A DNA stretch of 61,200 nucleotides from Chloroflexota bacterium (GTDB lineage: Bacteria; Chloroflexota; Ktedonobacteria; Ktedonobacterales; JADMIN01). Both the position numbers and the translations under genes were made by a program. The notes under the pieces are model-generated. The model saw only the letters and a program-made list of their open reading frames with translations. It was not told the DNA's origin and searched no databases. The stretch covers positions 1-61,200 of the forward strand of contig JAKAIY010000003.1 of NCBI GenBank assembly GCA_021814145.1, read 5' to 3'. Below, piece after piece: positions 1-8,008 of this stretch (the first letter of the stretch is position 1; each line of letters starts with the position of its first letter).

Positions 1-97
1 TCCTCCTCGAACGGGTTCTTCATCTACCCGATGAGAATCACCTGCTGGCCGATCTCGTCAACCGACCTCAAATCCCCACACTCAATTGGACACTATC
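1..97 (+). mobile_element. Probable right end of an IS256-family insertion sequence (partial, window edge)
   Basis: Ends ...CCCACACTCAATTGGACACTATC, which resembles IS256-family terminal repeats. Frame 3 is open from the window edge (LLERVLHLPDENHLLADLVNRPQIPTLNWTL), possibly a transposase tail. It abuts a 5'-truncated GNAT gene at 97/98. Confidence 0.5.
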
Positions 98-313
98 GTG
101 CGCCTGCTCACTGATTTCGCGTTCGAGCGGCTCGCGGCGAACCGCGTCTTTATCCAGTGCGACGCGCGCAACACCCGCAGCGCGGCGGTAGCCGGGCGCC
201 TGGGATTCGCGCGCGAGGCGCCGCTGCGCAACGACCGGCGGGCCGTGGACGGGACACTGCGCAATACGCTCGTCTTCTCGCGCATCCCGGACGACCCGCG
301 CTGGCCGCGCTAG
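98..313 (+). pseudogene. C-terminal remnant of a RimJ/RimL-type GNAT N-acetyltransferase
   Basis: VRLLTDFAFERLAANRVFIQCDARNTRSAAVAGRLGF...EAPLRN is the typical C-terminal half of the family. The upstream acetyl-CoA-binding motif is missing. Confidence 0.7.
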
Positions 314-618
314 AGTTCCTGCGCGCTCACGTCAGAGCCGCGCCCGCGCCCGAAGAGGAAGCCCACCAGCAGCGCGCCAAGAGCTATGCCCATCGAGCAG
401 GCCAGGAAAGAGCCGAAGAACCACGAGACGGCGTCAATCGTAATGTCACTCTGCTTGACAAAATACCAGAGGCCGAACGCGGTGAGCGCCGCGCCGATCA
501 GCCCGCCTAGCAGCCCCAGAAAATGGAAGCCGGGGCGGCTGACGAGCCAGGCTACAAACAAGCCGCCTGGCAACGAGAGCACGGCGGCGATAATCAGAAT
601 CAGCAGGTCGAGCGGCAT
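310..618 (-). CDS. Small Gly-rich membrane protein (about 3 TM helices, 102 aa)
   Basis: ATG at 618 with GGAGG RBS; hydrophobic MPLDLLILIIAAVLSLPGGLFVAWLV... Confidence 0.75.
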   Translation of the reverse strand: MPLDLLILIIAAVLSLPGGLFVAWLVSRPGFHFLGLLGGLIGAALTAFGLWYFVKQSDITIDAVSWFFGSFLACSMGIALGALLVGFLFGRGRGSDVSAQEL

Positions 619-677
619 GAATGCGCCTCCTGATGGGCGGAAATGGATACCGGCTCTGGCGCCGCGCTGGCGCCAGC

Positions 678-782
678 TTACAGAATAGCCCGTAAAGCCG
701 CTGTGCCTTGAGGCCATGCGGATGAACGGGCTTGCATAGGCTTGAGCCAAAAGCCTGTTGCGATTGTCTGGGCGCTTGCCAT
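678..782 (-). CDS. Candidate 34-aa small protein (MASAQTIATGFWLKPMQARSSAWPQGTAALRAIL)
   Basis: AAGGAG RBS (791-796, minus strand) 8 nt before ATG; below the ORF-track cutoff; no recognisable motif. Confidence 0.3.
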   Translation of the reverse strand: MASAQTIATGFWLKPMQARSSAWPQGTAALRAIL

Positions 783-1171
783 ATGGTAGGCTCCTTAGAG
801 CGACGGTCGCTTTATGAGATGCTCTTTTCAGACCATCTCGCCGTTGTCAGGATAGTTCGGGTCGGGCAGACCCGTCGCGTAAAGCAGTTCCGGTAGCATC
901 AGCGCCTATCCCGCTTATGATGTTTCCCCCCGGTCGCGAGAATCCGCTAAGACTTTAGCCTATGCGGAGTGTCAACTGAGGATATCGTTGCTTATTGTAC
1001 TACAGGCGCTCCCGCGCGCAAACAGGCGGCGTCGCCGGCGCAGGGCGGCTTGAACGTCGTTGACATACGGCGAGCGCGGGCGTTCGACAGCCTGCTACCC
1101 TCCGCTGTTGGCGCTGCCCCGCTCGCATGCGTGGGCGCGGCACGGGAGAACATCCGAAGAGGCGAGAGGGT

Positions 1172-2170
1172 ATGAGCGATCTGCGGGTGGCGCTGCTGCA
1201 GATGGCGCCGGCAGGCGCGGACCAGCAGGCGAACGCGGAGAAGGCCGCGCGTTTCTGCCGCCAGGCGCGGGCGATGGGAGCCGACATCGCCCTCTTCCCC
1301 GAGATGTGGAACATCGGATATGAGGGATACGCTGATGAGCGGGATGGCGGGCCGGGGGGCGATCTCTGGCGCGCTCCCGGGCTCTGGGCTGAAGGCGAGA
1401 CTTCGCTGTGGGAGGCCACCCGCGAGGCGCGCGAACGCTGGCAGGCGCAGGCGACGCCCCGCGACGGGGCCTGGGTGGGCGGCTTCCGGGCGCTGGCGCG
1501 CGAGCTGGAGATGGCGATTGGCGTGACCTATCTGGAGCAGTGGCCTGGCGCGCCGCGCAACACGGTCTCGCTGATTGACCGTCATGGCGAGGAGTCGCTC
1601 ACCTACGCCAAGGTCCATACCTGCGACTTTGGCCTGAATGAGGCCGCGCTCACGCCTGGCGACGGATTCCCCGTAGCGGCGCTCGATACCGCGCTGGGAC
1701 CCGTGCGGGTTGGCGCGATGATCTGCTTCGACCGCGAGTTCCCGGAGAGCGCGCGACTGCTAGCGCTGGATGGCGCCTAGCTGGTCCTGATCCCCAACGC
1801 CTGTGAGATGGAGCGTCACCGGATCAGGCAGGTCGCGACGCGCGCGGTCGAAAACATGGTGGCCGTGGCGCTGGCCAACTACGCCGCGCCCAAGGAGAAT
1901 GGTCACTCCATCGCCTTCGACCCCATCGCTTTCGATGAGAACGGCTCACGCGAGACGCTGGTGATCGAGGCGGGCGAGGCTGAGGGCGTCTATCTGGCGA
2001 CCTTCGATCTCGACGCCATCCGCGCCTATCGCCAGCGTGAAGCCTGGGGTGACGCCTTCCGCCGCCCGTGGGCCTACGCCGCGCTGACCAGGACGAAGGT
2101 CGCGGCGCCGTTCCTGCGGGTCAACGAGCGCGGCGAGCCATACCCGCGCAAACGGACCTCCGGGCGTTAA
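1172..2170 (+). pseudogene. Carbon-nitrogen hydrolase (nitrilase superfamily) interrupted by an in-frame TAG at 1778-1780
   Basis: E-K-C triad motifs FPEMW, YAKVH and ICFDREFPE. The same frame continues after TAG as LVLIPNACEMERH... to TAA at 2170. Confidence 0.8.
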
Positions 2171-2321
2171 TCGCCGGATGTTGTGGCGCCTGGCTGGCAT
2201 TGCTCGTCTCAAGGTACAGGACTTGCGGTTATGACACCCACGCAATACCCTGTATCGTAGGGGATGTCTGGTCCGGACGATCAGCCCGGCGACCTCCGGC
2301 GACACCACGGAAAGCCTGCGC

Positions 2322-3176
2322 ATGGTCCTCACCCCTGACTTACACACACCGCCGACAAATTGGGAGCATACCGCCTTGTTTAGCGAGCGCAATCTGTATG
2401 GCGATCAGCCGGCGCGCCGTGTCCTTCGCTTTGGGCAGCGCGTCACTGGCGCCGATATTCCCGCCGCCCCCGAGCGTGTGCGCGGCGTGGCGAATGGCCC
2501 GTTGGGCCGGCTGCGCGGCGCGCGGCTCCAGGCGCGTGGCCAGGTGGCCTGGCTGCGCCTGGGCGTCAGCGATCTGGGCCGGGAGCTGCGCACCGTCCCG
2601 CTCAACGCCACGCAGGGACCCGCTCCCACGCCTGACACGCTGGAGCTGCGCGGCGGCATGCGCGTGCGCTGCCACGAGGGCTACGTGGGCAAGCTGGCGG
2701 GTCTGGTGATTGATCCCACGCAGGGGTTGGTGACGGACCTGATCGTGAAGATTCGCGGTGACGCGATGGCTGATGTCCAGCTTCCCAGCGACCCGCTGTT
2801 CAAGCTGGGGCCAGCGCAAGGCGCCGAGGCGCTCGTGGCGCCCGCCTGGGCGGTTTCCACGACGCGCGTGGAGAGCGCGCTTCCTTTTCTCCGCGACCGT
2901 CTGATTCTGACGCTGGACGCGTCGGTTGAGCAGGTCGCGTCGGCGGCGCGGCTGCGCCGAGATGGACAGGTGGCGGGCGATATCTGGCGGCTGCTGGGCG
3001 AAAATCCCGCCATCGCGCCCTATGTGGGCCGCTTGCGCGTCGAAGTGCGTGATGGCGATGTCACCTTGCGCGGCGCGCTGCCCACGCCGCGGCACCGCGC
3101 CTCCGCCGAGCAGGACATCTGGCATGTCCCCGGCGTTTTCGCGCTCCACAACGAAGTCACCATCACCGGCGACTGA
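2322..3176 (+). CDS. PRC-barrel plus C-terminal BON domain protein
   Basis: PRC-like LRGGMRVRCHEGYVGKLAGLVIDP...VTDLIV; BON-like LRVEVRDGDVTLRG...VPGVFALHNEV. Confidence 0.75.
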   Translation: MVLTPDLHTPPTNWEHTALFSERNLYGDQPARRVLRFGQRVTGADIPAAPERVRGVANGPLGRLRGARLQARGQVAWLRLGVSDLGRELRTVPLNATQGPAPTPDTLELRGGMRVRCHEGYVGKLAGLVIDPTQGLVTDLIVKIRGDAMADVQLPSDPLFKLGPAQGAEALVAPAWAVSTTRVESALPFLRDRLILTLDASVEQVASAARLRRDGQVAGDIWRLLGENPAIAPYVGRLRVEVRDGDVTLRGALPTPRHRASAEQDIWHVPGVFALHNEVTITGD

Positions 3177-3182
3177 AGCCTT

Positions 3183-3935
3183 TCACGAGCGCCCGTACAC
3201 CGGAATGCTCGCGCCGCTAATCAGCCCGGCGTCATCCGAGGCGAGGAACGCGATCACACGCGCGATCTCTTCCGGGCGGGGCCAGCGGGCGAAGTTGGCG
3301 TTGGGCATCGAGGCGCGATTGGCGGGCGTGTCTATGATCCCCGGCAGCAAGGCGTTGACGGTGATCCCGCGCTCCACCACCTCCTCGGACTGCGCCTCAG
3401 TCAGGGTGATGACGCTCGCCTTGGCGATGGCGTAGGCGGCGGCGTTCTTGCGCCCGCTGACCGCCGCGCGCGACGCGATATTGATGATCCGCCCGAACTG
3501 GTTGCGCTCCATCGCCCGCGCGGCGTGCTTGGAGAACAGGAACGTTGTCTTCAGGTTCAGCTCCAGCATGCGGTCGAGCGTCTGCGTGTCGAGCGCCGTG
3601 ACAGGCTGTCCGGCGGCGTACCCCCCGATGATATTCACCAGGATGTCGAGCCGCCCCGCGCGCTGGACGAGGTCGCTCACCAGCGCGGCGACCGCGTTCT
3701 CGTCGCGCGCGTCGGCCACCGCCGCGCTCAGCCGTTCCCCATCCTCGCCCGCCTGCGCTTTCAGCCGCTCCAGCGCGTCGGGCCGCTCGCGGCTTGCGAC
3801 CGCCAGCACGCTGGCGCCGCTTTCCAATAGCGCCAGCGTCGTCGCTGGCCCCAGGCCACCAAAAGCGCCCGTCACCAGCGCCACCCGTCCCGCAAGGTCA
3901 TACCTGTTTTGCCGCCAGAGCGGCGCGCTGCTCAT
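3183..3935 (-). CDS. SDR-family NAD(P)-dependent oxidoreductase
   Basis: VALVTGAFGGLG Rossmann motif, YAIAK catalytic YxxxK, PGIIDT. Confidence 0.92.
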   Translation of the reverse strand: MSSAPLWRQNRYDLAGRVALVTGAFGGLGPATTLALLESGASVLAVASRERPDALERLKAQAGEDGERLSAAVADARDENAVAALVSDLVQRAGRLDILVNIIGGYAAGQPVTALDTQTLDRMLELNLKTTFLFSKHAARAMERNQFGRIINIASRAAVSGRKNAAAYAIAKASVITLTEAQSEEVVERGITVNALLPGIIDTPANRASMPNANFARWPRPEEIARVIAFLASDDAGLISGASIPVYGRS

Positions 3936-3961
3936 CTCATTCCGCTCCTCTACGCGCTCAA

Positions 3962-5557
3962 TTACCCCCGCATGTGGCGGAGATGGTGAAAAAGGCTCTG
4001 GTTGCGCACGCTGTAGCGGACGCGCGATATGGTCACGCCCGCATCCGCCAGGCCATGCGCCAGCGCCACGGAAGCCTGGCGCGTCTCCTCCGCCAGCGTA
4101 GCGGCGCCCGCTGAGGCCAGCCGGAGCGCCGCTGTGTCCAGCGCCGCGCACGCCTCCTCCACATCGTCGCTGGCAAGGCGCTCAGCGAGCGTCTGGAGGC
4201 GATACGCGGTCAGCAACTCCAGCGCCAGCCGGGCATCGGGCGCGAGCGCGGGTGGAGTGGCGCCGCTGGCCTGTGGCGCGCGAAGCGGCGCGCTGTCGCG
4301 GATCACGCGCCCCCCATCCACCTGGGGCGCCCAGTACGAGGAATGGATGGTTCCCAGCTCCAGTGATCCGTTCACGCTGACGCTGAGGGTGGATGGCTCC
4401 AGCAGCGTCTCCCAGAGCGCCACGCCGCCGCACGCTTCCGCTCCACCAGCCAGCGTCCCCAGCTCAACCCCCACCGGCGCGCCAGGCGTATGCGGGCCTT
4501 CGAAGGCGTACGACAGCTCGGGAGCGATCCGCGCGGCGCGCAGGACGCTGACCCCCGGCGCTGGCTCCAGCGTCAGCCGCAGGCGTGAGGCGAGCGTGGC
4601 GCGCAACCGCTCGACCAGCCAGGTCAAGATGCGTGTCAGGCGAGATGGATCATCCACGAAAGCGCACACCCCGCCCGTGACGCTGGCGAACTGGTCGAAC
4701 AGGTCGCGGTCCCAGTCAGGCCCAACCCCTAGCGCGACAATCTGGACGCCAAGCTGGCGCGCGCGCTCCGCGAGATCCAGGGTGCCCGCCCTTTCCTCAT
4801 CGGCAGGCGCGCTATTCATGATGAGCGCGAACGCGGAGACGCCCGTGGGCGTGATATGGGCGGCGCTCCGCTCTAGCGCCAGGCCCAGCGCGCTAGAGAG
4901 CCGCGCGGGGCCACGCGGCGCCATAGGCTCCAGCGCCTGCCCAACATCCCGGCGGCCCGCGACGGATTCGCCATCGAGCGCGACGCTGGCCTGCTCATCG
5001 AACGTAACGAGCGTGAGCCGGTCTTCGGGGCGCAGCAGAGCGCCGAGGGCGTCGAGCGCGCGCCGCGTCTCCATCAGCGCCTGATCGCGCAGAGTCATGG
5101 AGCGGGCTATCATCACCGCCAGATTCAGTGGCGCGGCGGGCGACGCGATGGGCTGGCCGGCGGGGCTGAGCTCGGCGAGCGCGTAGTAGCGCTCTGGCTC
5201 CTTCAAGGGAGCGGATATGGCGGAGGCTGGCGTGACGCTGAGGCGCAGCGGTGAGGCGCTCGCGTCTCCGCGCGCTCCCCGCGCGAACGGGATGGTGGCC
5301 GTCCCTGGCAGGACGCTCGCCACAGGCGGCGGAGCTTTCGTGATGGCCTGTCGCCACTGCGCGTCATATCCGGCCCGCAGGGCAGATGTCATCAGGACAC
5401 GATACGCCTCATCGAGCAGGCGTAGCCGCTCGGCGGCGGCGGACCCTGGGCGCGCGTCCGGCTGAAGCTGGATGGTGAGTGTCTGGTACGCCTGGCGAAT
5501 TTCTTCCTGAGTAGCGGTAGGGGAGACCCCCATCAAGGCATAGAAATCTGCCAGCAT
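3962..5557 (-). CDS. J-like domain plus von Willebrand A domain protein, both motifs degenerate
   Basis: DFYALMGVSPTATQEEIRQAY...LQPD...EAYRVL...RAGYD (J fold); PLNLAVMIARS...DRLTLVTFD...IVALGVGPDWD (YfbK-like vWA). Confidence 0.8.
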   Translation of the reverse strand: MLADFYALMGVSPTATQEEIRQAYQTLTIQLQPDARPGSAAAERLRLLDEAYRVLMTSALRAGYDAQWRQAITKAPPPVASVLPGTATIPFARGARGDASASPLRLSVTPASAISAPLKEPERYYALAELSPAGQPIASPAAPLNLAVMIARSMTLRDQALMETRRALDALGALLRPEDRLTLVTFDEQASVALDGESVAGRRDVGQALEPMAPRGPARLSSALGLALERSAAHITPTGVSAFALIMNSAPADEERAGTLDLAERARQLGVQIVALGVGPDWDRDLFDQFASVTGGVCAFVDDPSRLTRILTWLVERLRATLASRLRLTLEPAPGVSVLRAARIAPELSYAFEGPHTPGAPVGVELGTLAGGAEACGGVALWETLLEPSTLSVSVNGSLELGTIHSSYWAPQVDGGRVIRDSAPLRAPQASGATPPALAPDARLALELLTAYRLQTLAERLASDDVEEACAALDTAALRLASAGAATLAEETRQASVALAHGLADAGVTISRVRYSVRNQSLFHHLRHMRG

Positions 5558-5641
5558 TTCACCTGTCGCTCCCTTCGCGTATCCGTGACGTAATTCCCCA
5601 TATCCCAATCCGTCCCCTCTGTCTGGATGATACGCCAGGCG

Positions 5642-7837
5642 TTACTCTGCGCTGGCGCCCGCTTCGTCCGGCTTCGTCTCGCCGGCCTCTGGCTCCTCAT
5701 CGTCCAGCTCATCCGTTGGCGCTTCATCGTCCAGCTCATCCGTGACCATCTCGCCGGCCTCTGGCGCGTCCGCGCCCGCCTCTTCCGTGGCCGTCTCGTC
5801 CACAGGCGCTTCGCTGTCCGCCGCCGGGCTCGCCGCTGGCCCGTCGTCCGCGCTATCTGGCGTGGCTTCTGGCGTGGCGCCGCCGAAAGGCTGGTCAACG
5901 GGAAGCGCGCTCACGAACAGGACCACCGCCGTGCTGTTATCGTGGCCGCCATTGGCGTTCGCGCGCGCGACCAGCGCAGCCGCGCAAGAGTCGGGGTCCG
6001 TCGCTTCGCCCAGCGCCTGCCCGATCCCCTCTGACGTCACCTCGTCCCACAGGCCGTCGCTACAGATGACGAGGCGGTCGCCTGGCGCCAGAACGAATTG
6101 CAGCATATCCGGCGTCGCGTCATCTTCCTGACCGATCGAGCGGTAGAGCACACTGCGCGGCATCATAAAGCTGGGGTCTTCGAGCGCTGGGTGCCGCATC
6201 GCCTCGAGCCGCGCGAGAAGCGAGTGGTCTTCAGTCAGCTGGATGAGCTGGCCGTCGCGCAGCAGATAAGCCCGGCTATCGCCCAGATGCGCCAGCGCCG
6301 CGCGCGCGCCCGCGATCGCCAGCGCGGTGACGGTCGAGCCAGTGGTGGCGTTCAGGCGCGTGGCGAAGGAGCGCGTGCGCCGGTTGGCCTCTTTCACCGC
6401 TTGCTCCAGCGCCTGTGTCAGCGGGACTTGCGGGGCGGTGGCCGCGTCATCAGCGGCGGCGGTGAAGATCGCCTGCGCGGGCCAGACGGTCTGTGGCTCA
6501 ATGAAGCGCCGCGCCAGCTCGGTGGTGACGGTGCGCACGACGAAACGGCTGGCGATTTCACCGTGCGACTCGCCCCCCATGCCGTCCGCGACCAGGAAGA
6601 CGCCGAGCGGCGCGTCGGCGGCGGCGTCATCATGAATATCGAAGAGCGCCGCGCCCCAGGCGTCCTGGTTCTCCGAGCGTATCCGGCCAATGCTGGTCGC
6701 GGCCCCTGAGCTGATGCGCAGCCGCACCGCGCGGACATCCGCGCCCATGCGCGCGCCCGCCACCAAGAGCGTCTGGAGCGCCAGCGTGCTAGCTTCCACG
6801 ACTTCGTCAATCGTGGCGAAGCCGCCCGTCTCGCCCCGCGCGGCGATCTCGCGCAGGCTGCGCTGCGCGCTGGAGTCGCGGTCCCACAGCGTCACATCGT
6901 CCGCTCCACCCAGCGACCCCACCGTGCGCGCCAGGAAGTTGGCGTCGCGGGCGTAGAGCGCCTGCCCTTCTTCGGGATCGGTAACGGGCGTGGCGTCCTC
7001 GACACCTGTCAGATAGACGCGCCCATCGTAGAGCGTCACCCGATCCGGCGAGACGTGCAGATGCGCTAGCTCGCCGCGATGCAGCGCCGCCAGGGCGTTC
7101 GCGAGTTGCGAGCAGGCTGTCAGCGCGTCCACTGGTCGCAGCCTTTCGCCCACCCCCAGCGGTGGCGCGGGCTCGTTGGACCCCTCGCCGGAGCCGGGCA
7201 GCTCGACGCTGATCAGGAACGTGCGCTTCCCCTCACGCGCGAACGCCACAGGCGCCAGCAATCCTGGCTCGCGCACGCCCGCGGCCACCACACGCTCCAG
7301 GCGCTCGGCGTCGCTCGCGGGGACCTCGCGCGCGATGTAGCGCCAGGGCGGCGTTTCCGCGGCGGGCTCCTCGTCCGCTGGCTCGCTGGCCGCCGGAGGG
7401 ATGGCCAGGTAGACTGGCGTCTCGTTCTCGACCCGCAGCACGCGCTCGATGGTATATCCCGCCAGCGTCGCGCCAGGCTCCAGTGGCGCGCTCTCCTGAG
7501 CTTCGTCCGCTTCGTCCGCTTCGTCCGCTTCGGCGGTAGCCGGTTCCTCCTGGCTGGGAACCAGACCAGCCACAGCCTGCGGCGTTATCCGCGACTTCAG
7601 CGGCGCGGTCACGGCCAGCCCATCCCGCTCATCCTGCGCGCTCCGCTCATCCACGTCCAGTGGCCGGGTATCATATGATGTCCCGTTCGCTGGCTCTTCC
7701 GGGCGCTCGGGCTCCTTGCTCGCGGAGGTATCGGATGGCTCACTCGCGGGCGACGCGGCCCCCCCGGACAGGGAAGCGCTGGCAGGTTCTACGTCGGGAG
7801 CTGAAGCGCGCTCGTCATCCACGTCCATTGGATCCAT
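5642..7837 (-). CDS. PP2C/PPM Ser/Thr phosphatase with N-terminal pseudokinase domain and acidic tails
   Basis: PP2C motifs RSENQD, VADGMGG, HLGDSRAY, ICSDGLWD, GHDN; kinase-like N-terminal region lacks the catalytic motifs. Start position uncertain. Confidence 0.85.
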   Translation of the reverse strand: MDPMDVDDERASAPDVEPASASLSGGAASPASEPSDTSASKEPERPEEPANGTSYDTRPLDVDERSAQDERDGLAVTAPLKSRITPQAVAGLVPSQEEPATAEADEADEADEAQESAPLEPGATLAGYTIERVLRVENETPVYLAIPPAASEPADEEPAAETPPWRYIAREVPASDAERLERVVAAGVREPGLLAPVAFAREGKRTFLISVELPGSGEGSNEPAPPLGVGERLRPVDALTACSQLANALAALHRGELAHLHVSPDRVTLYDGRVYLTGVEDATPVTDPEEGQALYARDANFLARTVGSLGGADDVTLWDRDSSAQRSLREIAARGETGGFATIDEVVEASTLALQTLLVAGARMGADVRAVRLRISSGAATSIGRIRSENQDAWGAALFDIHDDAAADAPLGVFLVADGMGGESHGEIASRFVVRTVTTELARRFIEPQTVWPAQAIFTAAADDAATAPQVPLTQALEQAVKEANRRTRSFATRLNATTGSTVTALAIAGARAALAHLGDSRAYLLRDGQLIQLTEDHSLLARLEAMRHPALEDPSFMMPRSVLYRSIGQEDDATPDMLQFVLAPGDRLVICSDGLWDEVTSEGIGQALGEATDPDSCAAALVARANANGGHDNSTAVVLFVSALPVDQPFGGATPEATPDSADDGPAASPAADSEAPVDETATEEAGADAPEAGEMVTDELDDEAPTDELDDEEPEAGETKPDEAGASAE

Positions 7838-8008
7838 ATTTGATGCTTTCTCCGCTTTCGCTACACGATGCGTACGGCTCCCGCGAGAGTCAGTCAGGGC
7901 GCCGCGCCTTTGCGGCGCCCCCGCGCGCTCCCACACGCCGCCACTTCCACATCATCCCATCAACTGCGCCTCATCCGCCACCACGTCCACCCCTTTCGCT
8001 CGATAGTC

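Noticed and set aside
1778-1780. Pyrrolysine or recoded TAG
   Set aside because: No pyl genes or suppressor tRNA in the window, many other genes end at TAG, and the site corresponds to a Glu codon one change away.
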